Shown piece after piece: positions 1-8,721 of a stretch of 64,000 nt of DNA; positions within the stretch are counted from its first letter, which is position 1, and the number at the start of each line of letters is the position of its first letter. Below the pieces are notes generated by a model. The model did not search any database. It was given only the letters and a program-made list of their open reading frames with translations, and was not told the DNA's origin. The DNA is taken from the IMG/VR virus record IMGVR_UViG_3300029922_000017, positions 64,001 through 128,000 of that record; one strand, written 5' to 3'. Source of the stretch: a virus. A program made the translations under genes and the position numbers.

Positions 1-33
1 GGATTGTGAAATAATGTTTTCATATGTTTCTAA

Positions 34-61
34 AGTATATCTATTTTAATTCAAATGTCAA
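34..61 (-). promoter_or_regulatory. sigma70-type early promoter, representative of a >50-copy family
   Basis: Minus strand reads TTGACA-tttgaattaaaataga(16)-TATACT, ATG 10 nt downstream. Confidence 0.8.
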
Positions 62-257
62 ATAAATTTCAAATTATTTACTTTAATGATATTATAGTAA
101 CTCGAATGTGATATTTACTTGTCGGTGAAAATAACAATAAAATTGCCGATACCTTTTTCAAGATACCGGCAACCAACATATGACCACCACCGGAATAAAC
201 AAAAGGGAATTTAGGTAAATCAATCGTGTGATTATTATACAAATTGCCGGTGAATAG

Positions 258-443
258 TCAACGAATTTCGTCAGGAAATACAAAAATAGCAGTGCCAGCG
301 TGTAATTCTTTACAATCTTCCAAAAGATTTACTGCGAGATTTCCGCTCTGACAATAATCTACAAAGGTGCCAACTCCCTTATGAGCAGGATTGTTGTCCA
401 ACTCAAATCGAATGACATCACCTTTAACGTAATTAGTTTTCAT
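258..443 (-). CDS. hypothetical protein
   Basis: 61-aa ORF in minus-strand block, followed by hairpin near 142-172. Confidence 0.6.
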   Translation of the reverse strand: MKTNYVKGDVIRFELDNNPAHKGVGTFVDYCQSGNLAVNLLEDCKELHAGTAIFVFPDEIR

Positions 444-485
444 ATTGGTATTATATTTAAACTCGGTGAGAAGTCAAGAAATTAA

Positions 486-662
486 ATTTTGTTCGGATTT
501 CACTGAACCTAACTTACTAGGTTGTTCCAAGGGTAGAGACAAGTCGAACTCTACATTTTCCCCAACGGGCTATTTTCCCATTAAATTACCTCGTCTATCG
601 AACGTGGGAACTCATAGGGAAATTACTCCTATGAAACCACTTTCACTGGCCGTGTGAAATTA
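486..662 (-). ncRNA. putative structured non-coding RNA
   Basis: Chain of hairpins (TTTCAC/GTGAAA, TCATAGG/CCTATGA, TTCCCA/TGGGAA, GTAGAG/CTCTAC) downstream of the promoter at 754-781. Confidence 0.4.
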
Positions 663-791
663 TAAGTCACGCTTGAGTTTTCCGTTTGCGAAACATCCAC
701 TTGACACGGATTAAATTGGAAGCCTCAGTAAAGATTTTAATTTTCATACTTTAAGTATATCTATTTTAGGTTGAATGTCAATCCAATTAAA

Positions 792-1004
792 TTATTTGTC
801 CCAGTAATAAAAGTATTCACCACCGGCTTCCGTCACTGTGTGGAGATAAACCCGATATAAAATTCTGCCATTGGCATTTGTGCCGACGACTTCGGGGTTA
901 TTCAATGCCTCTTGATTGGCATTGTTGACGTTCTTTTCGTCACTACAACCGGCAAAGAATATCATTGCCGCCAGAAATAGAGCTAATCCAATGGCAAGTT
1001 TCAT
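792..1004 (-). CDS. putative small lipoprotein
   Basis: Hydrophobic N-terminus ending in lipobox-like FFAGC. Confidence 0.6.
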   Translation of the reverse strand: MKLAIGLALFLAAMIFFAGCSDEKNVNNANQEALNNPEVVGTNANGRILYRVYLHTVTEAGGEYFYYWDK

Positions 1005-1341
1005 TTAATCGAGACGAATAGTTTTTTCATGTGTGAGTATTATACAGAGTTTTGATTGATTGTCAAGTGTGGGGATTAAATCCATGTTTATCAAAATATC
1101 CAGCCAATCCTTCGCCGGGCCGACGAACCGTGGTTGGACGATTGCCGCCGACGGTAGCCAATATGATGATAAACGAATTCATGTAAAGAGTATATCTATT
1201 TTAATACAAATGTCAACATTTATTTTTCGACCAAGAAGACCAATAGTAACTCGAATATTATATATACTATTTGGAAAAAATAAAACAAAAATCCACTTGA
1301 CTTTTTGGGTATTAGTCAAGTGGGTTGAAACTGTTTATTGA

Positions 1342-1653
1342 TTAGGCAATCGCCTTTTCAACCTTGTCGCCAGTGCCTTTGATGCCGTTCCGGTTGTAGT
1401 TGCGGAACTTCTTCTGGAACAGAGTGTTTTCACACACCGGCTGGTTCGGCAGCAATCCATTGCCCTTGCCGATGATGCCGGTAATCTTGAACTGGACACT
1501 GCCGATGGCAATGGCAGCGAGGATGTTCGAGCGGGTGTTGCTGGCCGACTTGCCAATCTGCAAACCGGACTGCTTGGCGATGCCATTCAATTCGGCACGG
1601 GTGAGGGTGTCGAGGAACATTTCGGCGAAGGAGAGTTCATTGCTGGTGTTCAT
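1342..1653 (-). CDS. hypothetical protein (GC-rich codon usage)
   Basis: 103-aa ORF with own promoter, (CAAAA)n leader and downstream terminator near 1286-1327. Confidence 0.7.
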   Translation of the reverse strand: MNTSNELSFAEMFLDTLTRAELNGIAKQSGLQIGKSASNTRSNILAAIAIGSVQFKITGIIGKGNGLLPNQPVCENTLFQKKFRNYNRNGIKGTGDKVEKAIA

Positions 1654-1728
1654 AGTTTTGTTTTTTGTTTTGTTTTAGTTGTTACTTACAAGAAAGAGTA
1701 TATCTATTTTTAATTGAATGTCAAATCT

Positions 1729-1902
1729 TTATTTATATTCCCAGACAACTTCCTGATACTGCTTGCCGTCTTGGGATTGTTTGATAATGTGGAGATTAGC
1801 CTTGTTCAATTGAGAAAATTCAATGGCATCTTCCAATCCTTGATGGTGGACTGGAAAATCAGTAGTCCCAAATTCAGTGGTGACGGCGTAATTGATATTC
1901 AT
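1729..1902 (-). CDS. hypothetical protein
   Basis: Leaderless start MNINY just after promoter at about 1908-1936. Confidence 0.55.
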   Translation of the reverse strand: MNINYAVTTEFGTTDFPVHHQGLEDAIEFSQLNKANLHIIKQSQDGKQYQEVVWEYK

Positions 1903-1936
1903 ATGATTATTATACTTATTGGCTTGCAAATGTCAA

Positions 1937-2176
1937 TTAAATTTCACTGCAACATGAAAATCCATTAATGTAAATGGACAATTCTTCAAGTAGAGTTTTT
2001 CGGGGACAGCTATCAATTGACACCATGATTGACACAGTGTTATGAATTTTGTCATAGGTAATGGCATCATTCGAGAATAGATAGAACCGGAAATATGACC
2101 CCATACCCTTTTTAAGAGCAGCAAATTCAACGTCAGTCAATTCAATATACCAAGAATGTTTTTTCATATTTTTCAT
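1937..2176 (-). CDS. hypothetical protein
   Basis: 79-aa ORF after promoter 2184-2211. Confidence 0.6.
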   Translation of the reverse strand: MKNMKKHSWYIELTDVEFAALKKGMGSYFRFYLFSNDAITYDKIHNTVSIMVSIDSCPRKTLLEELSIYINGFSCCSEI

Positions 2177-2328
2177 ATAAGAGAGTATATCTATTTTTAT
2201 ACAAATGTCAATGATTTATTTTTGCCGGATTGTTATCAAGTAACTCGAACAATATAACCAGTCAACCAAGTATTAAAAAACCTCACTTATCTTTGCTATC
2301 AGATAAGTGAGATTGTTATTGACTTTCG

Positions 2329-3387
2329 TTAAATTGCCGCCAGCAACTTGCGACCCCGTTCCTCAATTGCCGGAAGTGCATCACGGTCGGTGGTCAACAG
2401 ATTGTAAAATTCCGACTTGCTATCGGCATTGTTGCCAAATTCCGATGAAGCAAACCGGCGACCAAACGGAGTCTTGGCAGTTGCCGAGCCGTGAGTCAGC
2501 AATTGAGTGTAGGCATTGAGCAAATCAAATTCAGTCTGCCCACGATTGGCAATCCCGTTAGTGTGCAAGTGAACCAATTCCTTCACGGTGTTTTCACCAC
2601 GAGTGGACATTTTCAACTTGTCGCCAGCCTCAATTTCAGGCGTAATGAAACCAGCGAAAATTTCCTTGGCACGATTTTCGTTGCATTCATTGGCAGCAAG
2701 GCCATCCATCGCCGCCTTAAACACCGCAGCCATGCCAACAGCCTTTTCCACTTCGCCCTTGGACGCTTCCAAGCGGTCAGAAAAATTCTTGGTTGCCCGT
2801 TCGTGAAACAGAATTTTACCCGATGCACGAGAGAGAGATATCGTGTTCCAGCAAACCGGCAAGATGCTGGAGAGTTCGCATTGCGGCGACACAGACCTGT
2901 CCAATCCACCGGAAAAATTCAACTGGAAATTAGACTGGCGACCATCGCCAACCGTCATTGATTTCAGTTCGGAAAGAGTGACGCCGATAAACCAGAACGA
3001 GCGATTCCAGAGCATACCGATACTGGAAACATCGTAATTGGTTCCGGCCAATTCACCAGCAACCCATGCCCACGCTTCACGAGGCGTAAAGAGAATGTAA
3101 GTTCCCCGCTTGTCCTTTTCCTTGGCTTCACATCCGGCTTCCGTTTCGTCAACAATCGTCTCACCACAGAAAGGGGGAGCGACGGGCAGCATATCATCCA
3201 TGGACACCGGCACATGGAATTTACGGTTGCCAAACACCACTTCCTTGCCGCCATAGAAAAACAGCGGCATGGCTTTGATTTCAGGAAAATCTTCCAGCTT
3301 GGGCTTCCCAATCTTGGTCAGCTTGTGCCATGCCTGTGTTTCGGCAATTTGAAAATCACGTTTCGGGTTATAGATGCCATGTGACAT
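2329..3387 (-). CDS. DUF932 family phage/plasmid protein
   Basis: N-terminal AWHKL, central VCWNT motif, C-terminal T.F.LLNAYT pattern typical of DUF932. Confidence 0.7.
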   Translation of the reverse strand: MSHGIYNPKRDFQIAETQAWHKLTKIGKPKLEDFPEIKAMPLFFYGGKEVVFGNRKFHVPVSMDDMLPVAPPFCGETIVDETEAGCEAKEKDKRGTYILFTPREAWAWVAGELAGTNYDVSSIGMLWNRSFWFIGVTLSELKSMTVGDGRQSNFQLNFSGGLDRSVSPQCELSSILPVCWNTISLSRASGKILFHERATKNFSDRLEASKGEVEKAVGMAAVFKAAMDGLAANECNENRAKEIFAGFITPEIEAGDKLKMSTRGENTVKELVHLHTNGIANRGQTEFDLLNAYTQLLTHGSATAKTPFGRRFASSEFGNNADSKSEFYNLLTTDRDALPAIEERGRKLLAAI

Positions 3388-3563
3388 AATGTTTTTGTGT
3401 TAATTGTTTTTGATGTTTGTTACCAACAAGAAAGAATATACGCTTTTATTTTAATTTGTAAAGGTTTATTTTGTTTTATTTTCATCTAGTTCTAATTATG
3501 TCCAATTTCTGGACACCTTCTGTCCAGTGGAATAACTATAACCTTCGTCTTACTCTCGGAAAT

Positions 3564-3587
3564 AAAAAACTCCCCTTTCGGGGAGTT
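3564..3587 (-). terminator. rho-independent terminator
   Basis: AACTCCCC-loop-GGGGAGTT stem followed by T-run on the minus strand. Confidence 0.75.
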
Positions 3588-3611
3588 AGTTGATTTTGAA
3601 TTGATTGTCAA

Positions 3612-3902
3612 TTACTTCTTGCCCTTTTTCTCGGCAAGTGCCGCAGTCGGATTTTCCGTTGTCAGTGCGGCCAGCTTCTTACGCTGGTTGGTCGAGCCAT
3701 TGGGAATAAGCGACTTCACTTTGTCGGCATGGGACAAGGCAGCGTATTCCGCATTGCGATTTTGTGCCTCAATCCGCTTTGCGTCCCGCTTCATATGAAG
3801 GATGCGGCTGGAATAGCCATTGGTTTTCAACTTGCCAATGTGCTTATTGGCCGAAGTGCCGAGTGATGCCGATTTGGTTTGGGGGTATTTTTGTGTGCTC
3901 AT
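3612..3902 (-). CDS. basic hypothetical protein
   Basis: 96-aa Lys/Arg-rich ORF, leaderless after promoter 3909-3936. Confidence 0.7.
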   Translation of the reverse strand: MSTQKYPQTKSASLGTSANKHIGKLKTNGYSSRILHMKRDAKRIEAQNRNAEYAALSHADKVKSLIPNGSTNQRKKLAALTTENPTAALAEKKGKK

Positions 3903-3932
3903 AAAAGTATTATATAGATTGTTTATTGATTG

Positions 3933-4283
3933 TCAATGAACATTTACAAAAATATCAGAATGTTCACCGTCATTCCAAGGGTCGTTATCAACCTTAAAAT
4001 TCAACTCTGTTTTAATAGTGTAATAGGTCGACCTCGTAATTTGAACTGGGTTGCCATTGATAACAATCACCGGAACAAGTTTCCCGTCGTGGCGCAACCG
4101 AAGTTTCTTTTCGCCCTTGCGATGCTGCCGAGTGGTTGAAACGGTAACATTAACTCGGTCTTTCACATTGGGATAATACTTGATAAAGATGCTATTACAT
4201 AAGGTTATACCTTCCCTGGAATACCAGGAACTTCCGTAGTGGTTGGATACCCGTTTCAATTTAAATGTTTTTGTCATATGCAA
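3933..4283 (-). CDS. hypothetical protein
   Basis: 116-aa ORF; TGA stop lies inside the next -35 box. Confidence 0.65.
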   Translation of the reverse strand: MHMTKTFKLKRVSNHYGSSWYSREGITLCNSIFIKYYPNVKDRVNVTVSTTRQHRKGEKKLRLRHDGKLVPVIVINGNPVQITRSTYYTIKTELNFKVDNDPWNDGEHSDIFVNVH

Positions 4284-4498
4284 ACATTATAGAGATTATA
4301 TTTCCAAAGTCAACGGGAAATTTATTTTCTTTTTCAGTTGCTATTTATAGTGTAGAATGTATATTGTATGGCATATGAAAATTTCACCAACTACTCAACT
4401 TGAATTGATGAAGATGCGTCGTCGGGTAAATATTTGGACGATACTTATGATTGTTTTTTGGTTGACTTTTTGAATTGGATAGGTATAATAATATCAAT

Positions 4499-4765
4499 AT
4501 GAAAAATAAACAATACACTCTCGGCAACGTCACCTACGGATATTCCCTTCAATCAAAGAAGTGGGAATTCAAGATTAATGATTTTACGTTTTTAACAGCC
4601 TTGAATGGTGGTGGTAAGGTCGGTGAAACCGTGGCAAGACTTATTGAGGCTGGATATGTTCGACTTCAAAAGAAAGGCGAGGTTGGAATTGATGGATTGG
4701 CAAGGGCAAATATCAACTTGGCGATTGCTCGACACAATGCGAAGCAACTTGTCGGCAGAGATTAA
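4499..4765 (+). CDS. hypothetical protein
   Basis: Start MKNKQ after TTGACT..TATAAT promoter. Confidence 0.65.
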   Translation: MKNKQYTLGNVTYGYSLQSKKWEFKINDFTFLTALNGGGKVGETVARLIEAGYVRLQKKGEVGIDGLARANINLAIARHNAKQLVGRD

Positions 4766-4964
4766 TAAAATATTCTTAACTATGATTTAATTTCATTGCA
4801 TTTATATTTTTATCAACCCACTGAACATTCCCTTCAACATACCCCTTTAATGGGTCTATTCTATCTAATGAAACATTATATCGTTTATATCAATGGAATT
4901 GAGTGTGATGAATTGATTAAAGCATCCAATCACAATGCCGCCGAAAAGAAAGCGGTGAATTGAT

Positions 4965-5147
4965 ATGAAAAAATATATTCAATGGTTTGATGATAAGACT
5001 AAGGCAATTCCAGTCACTTCCGAGCCTTTAGTCGGTGAGTTTGGAGATGAATTAATGGATTTCCAAGATTGGGAGCGATTAGGATTTAGAGTTATGGATT
5101 GGATGGATAAATATCCAAACGGAAAAATCATTTATATCTGGCTATAA
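4965..5147 (+). CDS. hypothetical protein
   Basis: 60-aa ORF in plus-strand block. Confidence 0.55.
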   Translation: MKKYIQWFDDKTKAIPVTSEPLVGEFGDELMDFQDWERLGFRVMDWMDKYPNGKIIYIWL

Positions 5148-5375
5148 ATAATCTGACTTGCGGTGAAATTGATATGACTAAACAAGAAAATATTAAAATT
5201 GCTGGCGAAGTAATTAATTTGCTCCGAAAGAATGGAATTGTGATTGAAAGTCCATACGATGTTGAAAATTGGGCTGAGGAATGGTTAACCAATCATTCCA
5301 ATCTTTTTGAGACTAAAATGTTCAAAGAAGAATAAATTTGACTTGTTGGTGAAATTCTGCTATCTTATTGGTATT

Positions 5376-5657
5376 ATGAATGAAATATATCAATGGCAGT
5401 TTAAAAATGGCAGCAAGACACCTTTGGAATTTACCACCTTTCCATTTGCGTTTCGTGCAATGTATAACCTAGTCCGGCAAGGAATTGATGCGGGGAAACC
5501 TGTTGATACTTCTGGATTTGTGATTGTAGGACCTAAAAATCCAAGGGGTGAGCGTGTGAGATATGGTTATTTTGCCGCTCTTGAGCTTGCTCGTTCCGGT
5601 GGCCTTTTGAACCAAGAGGGTTACATAAATGGTAAGGAATTCAAGAAAAAGTTTTGA
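5376..5657 (+). CDS. hypothetical protein
   Basis: Start MNEIY after promoter; TGA stop inside next TTGACA. Confidence 0.65.
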   Translation: MNEIYQWQFKNGSKTPLEFTTFPFAFRAMYNLVRQGIDAGKPVDTSGFVIVGPKNPRGERVRYGYFAALELARSGGLLNQEGYINGKEFKKKF

Positions 5658-5681
5658 CAATCAATAAACAATCAGTATAAT
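5654..5681 (+). promoter_or_regulatory. sigma70-type promoter of leaderless gene
   Basis: TTGACA-atcaataaacaatcag(16)-TATAAT, ATG 7 nt downstream; first 20 nt identical to the promoter at 3936 on the minus strand. Confidence 0.8.
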
Positions 5682-5688
5682 CTTTTAT

Positions 5689-6156
5689 ATGAATAAAATA
5701 CAAATCCCCGAAGGCTGGTATCAACTCAATCCCGAAGAACGGGTTCGTGAAGGCGATAAATTTTTCCGCCCCTCATTTGGTGAATGGGAGCTATCTGGAA
5801 ATTATCCCAGCGGACAGCAATCCACTGAATATGTTTATATTCGCAATGGTTCACCCCCTACCCCGTTCAAGATTGGCGATAAGGTTGAAGTTTCTGGCAA
5901 AACCGGAGTAATTCATGGTGAACGCACATATCTGAAAGCTGGTTTTGGATACAGTATCAAGTTTGATGAAGCGATTGAAAATAAAGACTTGGGGCATCTT
6001 TATGTTATTTCTATTCGGGAAGACCTTATCAAACATCAAGAAAAGCCAATTATGGCGGCTGGTTATGAAGTCAAATTTGAATCTGGTCAAATCAAGGTTG
6101 GTTGCCAGACCATTTCAAATGAAGTCGTGAAACAAATTGCGGCCAAGTTGAAATAA
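5689..6156 (+). CDS. hypothetical protein, VGCQ C-terminal family
   Basis: C-terminal IKVGCQTIS shared with 15296, 16040 and 21016. Confidence 0.75.
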   Translation: MNKIQIPEGWYQLNPEERVREGDKFFRPSFGEWELSGNYPSGQQSTEYVYIRNGSPPTPFKIGDKVEVSGKTGVIHGERTYLKAGFGYSIKFDEAIENKDLGHLYVISIREDLIKHQEKPIMAAGYEVKFESGQIKVGCQTISNEVVKQIAAKLK

Positions 6157-6159
6157 CAT

Positions 6160-6187
6160 TTGACTTTTGGTTTTTAGTTGATATATT
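6160..6187 (+). promoter_or_regulatory. promoter of tRNA/ncRNA operon
   Basis: TTGACT-N16-TATATT followed by about 700 nt without a long ORF. Confidence 0.7.
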
Positions 6188-6301
6188 AGTTTCAGTTGAT
6201 AGCAATATCACAATATCACAATTCGCCAATTGCCGCAGATGCATCTGCTAATTTAAGAGAAAATACCAACGTTGTTGGAGAATGGTAAAGCGAAGATTTT
6301 C

Positions 6302-6376
6302 GGGAGTGTAGCTCAGAGAAAGAGCACCTAACGTGGAGTTAGGAGGTCGCAGGTTCAAGTCCTGCCACTCCCACCA
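6302..6376 (+). tRNA. tRNA-Pro(UGG), atypical anticodon loop
   Basis: Cloverleaf GGGAGTG/CACTCCC, T-loop TTCAAGT, encoded CCA; loop CG-TGG-AG. Confidence 0.75.
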
Positions 6377-6384
6377 GTTTTTAG

Positions 6385-6510
6385 AATTCGGATTAACAGT
6401 CAAACCGTTCGGCTACGCAAATAGACCGATAAACAATACTGGTATCATTTTGCGATGATATGTCCAATTAACTAGATTTCGATAGTGGAAGTGGCTCTAT
6501 CGGATGAATA
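6385..6510 (+). ncRNA. putative kissing-loop RNA
   Basis: Hairpin loops CGCAAA (6416-6421) and TTTGCG (6449-6454) are complementary; third hairpin CGATAG/CTATCG. Confidence 0.5.
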
Positions 6511-6516
6511 TTTTAC

Positions 6517-6672
6517 GGATAGGTCGATGTGCGAGGTGAGAGTCCTCACGAAAGATGTAATGGAAGGTTTGCATGAGTAATGTCAGTGGCATTAATTAAC
6601 TTGACACGAAAGTAATAATTGAGTAGTTATATTCAGTAGAAAACATGGGTTAGAGTCCCGTGCTATCCACCA
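6517..6672 (+). ncRNA. tRNA-like RNA with acceptor stem, T-arm and CCA end
   Basis: GGATAG/CTATCC-A-CCA, T-arm CATGGG-TTAGAGT-CCCGTG, about 120-nt non-tRNA interior. Confidence 0.55.
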
Positions 6673-6675
6673 ATT

Positions 6676-6899
6676 TGATTGAAGGATGTTGTGCTAAAAC
6701 CACATCATTTAAAGAGTAGGATTAGACCGGATTAATTGGAATGAAATCCCATATCAAGCCAATTAACATAGTCGGTCATAATGTGATAGTAGTAGTGACA
6801 TGACATGGATGAGATGGGCTACTACCGTGTCTTTAATGAATTAACAGTTGAGGCGAAGTATCACAAATCCTTTTGGCTTAGATATGCACACTTCAATCA
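6676..6899 (+). ncRNA. RNA resembling the 23S rRNA uL11-binding (H43-H44) domain with a large insertion
   Basis: TGATTGAAG/CTTCAATCA closing stem; AGGATGTTG and CATCATTTAAAGAGT match the conserved 23S segments. Confidence 0.6.
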
Positions 6900-6994
6900 T
6901 TTTTTCTTTTCTATGAGAGTAATTATAATACTACAGTTACTTACTGATAAAAATAATCATTGACAATTAAATAAAAATATCTATAATCTCTTTT

Positions 6995-7288
6995 ATGAAT
7001 TACTATTACATCAAATTTACCAGATGGAACGAAACATTGGGAGATGAAACTGTTTATGTTCTATTGGAAACTAAAATGGATTATCCCAATTGTGACTTGG
7101 TAAAATTTGAAGCTGCTCAATGGAAAGCATTCTGGAAGCAATATCCTCAATGGGAATGTAAATATAATTCCAAACATCTTCCACAAACTAATCTTGAAAA
7201 ACTTGGAAATTATTGGTCAACTCCCTCGGCTGGAAGGATACATCGAGTCAAATGGACTACTAAAATAGAAGAATTAAAATTGTGTTGA
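6995..7288 (+). CDS. hypothetical protein
   Basis: Leaderless 97-aa ORF; stop inside next -35. Confidence 0.65.
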   Translation: MNYYYIKFTRWNETLGDETVYVLLETKMDYPNCDLVKFEAAQWKAFWKQYPQWECKYNSKHLPQTNLEKLGNYWSTPSAGRIHRVKWTTKIEELKLC

Positions 7289-7321
7289 CATTTAGATATA
7301 AATCTATATTCTTATTGATAT

Positions 7322-7615
7322 ATGAGACTCTACTTTTCAAGACAAGACAAAGATAAAAAGCAAGTGTGGCAGCTTGGAAATTTGCATGTTATTTCCAACA
7401 ATCATATGATTTTCTATGCCGACAAACCATTTACCTGCATATTAAATACAGGAGAATTTAGCGGGGATGTCTTGGAATTGAATATTGATAAATGGTTTAT
7501 GGATTTTAATCAACTTACAATTCAAGGATATGTAAGAGTAGGCGGAAAAAATCAAGATAATAATAGGTTTGGAGTGGATGCTTATTCATTTTATCAAACA
7601 ATACCGGCGGAATAA
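7322..7615 (+). CDS. hypothetical protein
   Basis: 97-aa ORF after promoter. Confidence 0.65.
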   Translation: MRLYFSRQDKDKKQVWQLGNLHVISNNHMIFYADKPFTCILNTGEFSGDVLELNIDKWFMDFNQLTIQGYVRVGGKNQDNNRFGVDAYSFYQTIPAE

Positions 7616-7840
7616 CTTGACAAATAGATTAAAATCTATATCTTAATACTATGAAATACATCGAACATTTCTATATTCCCGGTTTGAGTGGATATGATAT
7701 TTCAATCAAACATGGGTCATATCAAGAAGCAGCATTGAATGGTATTTTCTATTTGAAATTCCTCAATATGGTGGATACCCTATGTTTGATGATGTATATA
7801 ACACTCATCAAATTGAAGATATGATTAATTCCGTATTTAC

Positions 7841-8095
7841 ATGGACATGAGAGAATACATTGAAGATGCCATCATTATTCTCCGGCTTATAAACGGAAAA
7901 CAATGGGCAAGTGAATATGTTCGATTGAGAATGGAATTTCACCGGCTGCATGGTCATGGATTGATCCAATCCACTTGGCACGGAGTTGATTTCTTCGATA
8001 ACGTATTGAAAGAATTGAACGGTGAAGATGTCGGTGAACCCAAAGGTGAATTTAGAAACAATTTTAAAAAACTCATTGACTTTGGTAAACAATAA
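7841..8095 (+). CDS. hypothetical protein
   Basis: 84-aa ORF; start uncertain. Confidence 0.5.
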   Translation: MDMREYIEDAIIILRLINGKQWASEYVRLRMEFHRLHGHGLIQSTWHGVDFFDNVLKELNGEDVGEPKGEFRNNFKKLIDFGKQ

Positions 8096-8110
8096 AGTAT
8101 AATAATTTAT

Positions 8111-8329
8111 ATGAATGAAAAATCTTTTAGTCACGTTTGCCGACATGGAACTGTATTTACTGCCACTCGCTGTGATTTTCGGGGTGGGGTGGTAGTCAGT
8201 CACGTTCCCAAGAAAGAATTGCTGGCTATGGACATGGCTGAAATGATTGGGTATCATGCCGGTGTCATTCATCCCTTACTCAATGGGTTTCGAGGGTATG
8301 ACTGTATTTCATTTGACTTTCGCAAGTGA
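8111..8329 (+). CDS. hypothetical protein
   Basis: Leaderless ORF after TTGACT..TATAAT. Confidence 0.55.
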   Translation: MNEKSFSHVCRHGTVFTATRCDFRGGVVVSHVPKKELLAMDMAEMIGYHAGVIHPLLNGFRGYDCISFDFRK

Positions 8330-8347
8330 CTGGGTATAATAGCTTAT

Positions 8348-8536
8348 ATGAAAATCAAACTTGAACTAGATACTTCCGAGTTTCTATCCAACAAAATATG
8401 GTTTAAATGGATTGGAATATGTATCTTAATTGGTGTTTTTTCTCGCCTTATCACAATCGGTGAAATTCAATATTGGCTGGTGGCATTCTCTCTTATCATC
8501 TTGGCCGATTTGAAACTTAATCCATCTAAAGCATGA
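8348..8536 (+). CDS. small membrane protein
   Basis: Two hydrophobic segments; own promoter. Confidence 0.6.
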   Translation: MKIKLELDTSEFLSNKIWFKWIGICILIGVFSRLITIGEIQYWLVAFSLIILADLKLNPSKA

Positions 8537-8721
8537 ATAAAGATATTCCGCCCAATTCAGATACATTAGAGAAAATTCCATTTGAAAAAACAATTCCCGA
8601 TGTATCTTGGTATCGCCATAATACATGGGAAAAAGGGCATTACAAGCGATTTCGTCATTATATGACCATGAGCCAAAATATTGACGGGTTTGAATTCTTT
8701 AATACTATCGGTGAAAACTAA
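8533..8721 (+). CDS. hypothetical protein
   Basis: ATGA overlap with upstream gene. Confidence 0.55.
   Translation: MNKDIPPNSDTLEKIPFEKTIPDVSWYRHNTWEKGHYKRFRHYMTMSQNIDGFEFFNTIGEN

Noticed and set aside
2491-2961. Long antisense ORFs in the track (e.g. 2491-2961, 7808-8272, 43869-44366, 48086-48487)
   Set aside because: They shadow well-supported genes on the other strand and lack promoters or motifs
6517-6672. tmRNA
   Set aside because: No G3.U70 pair, only 156 nt, no tag reading frame; kept as a tRNA-like RNA
6676-6899. True rRNA gene or host contamination
   Set aside because: Similarity is limited to the H43-H44 core, has compensatory changes and is embedded in phage-type context
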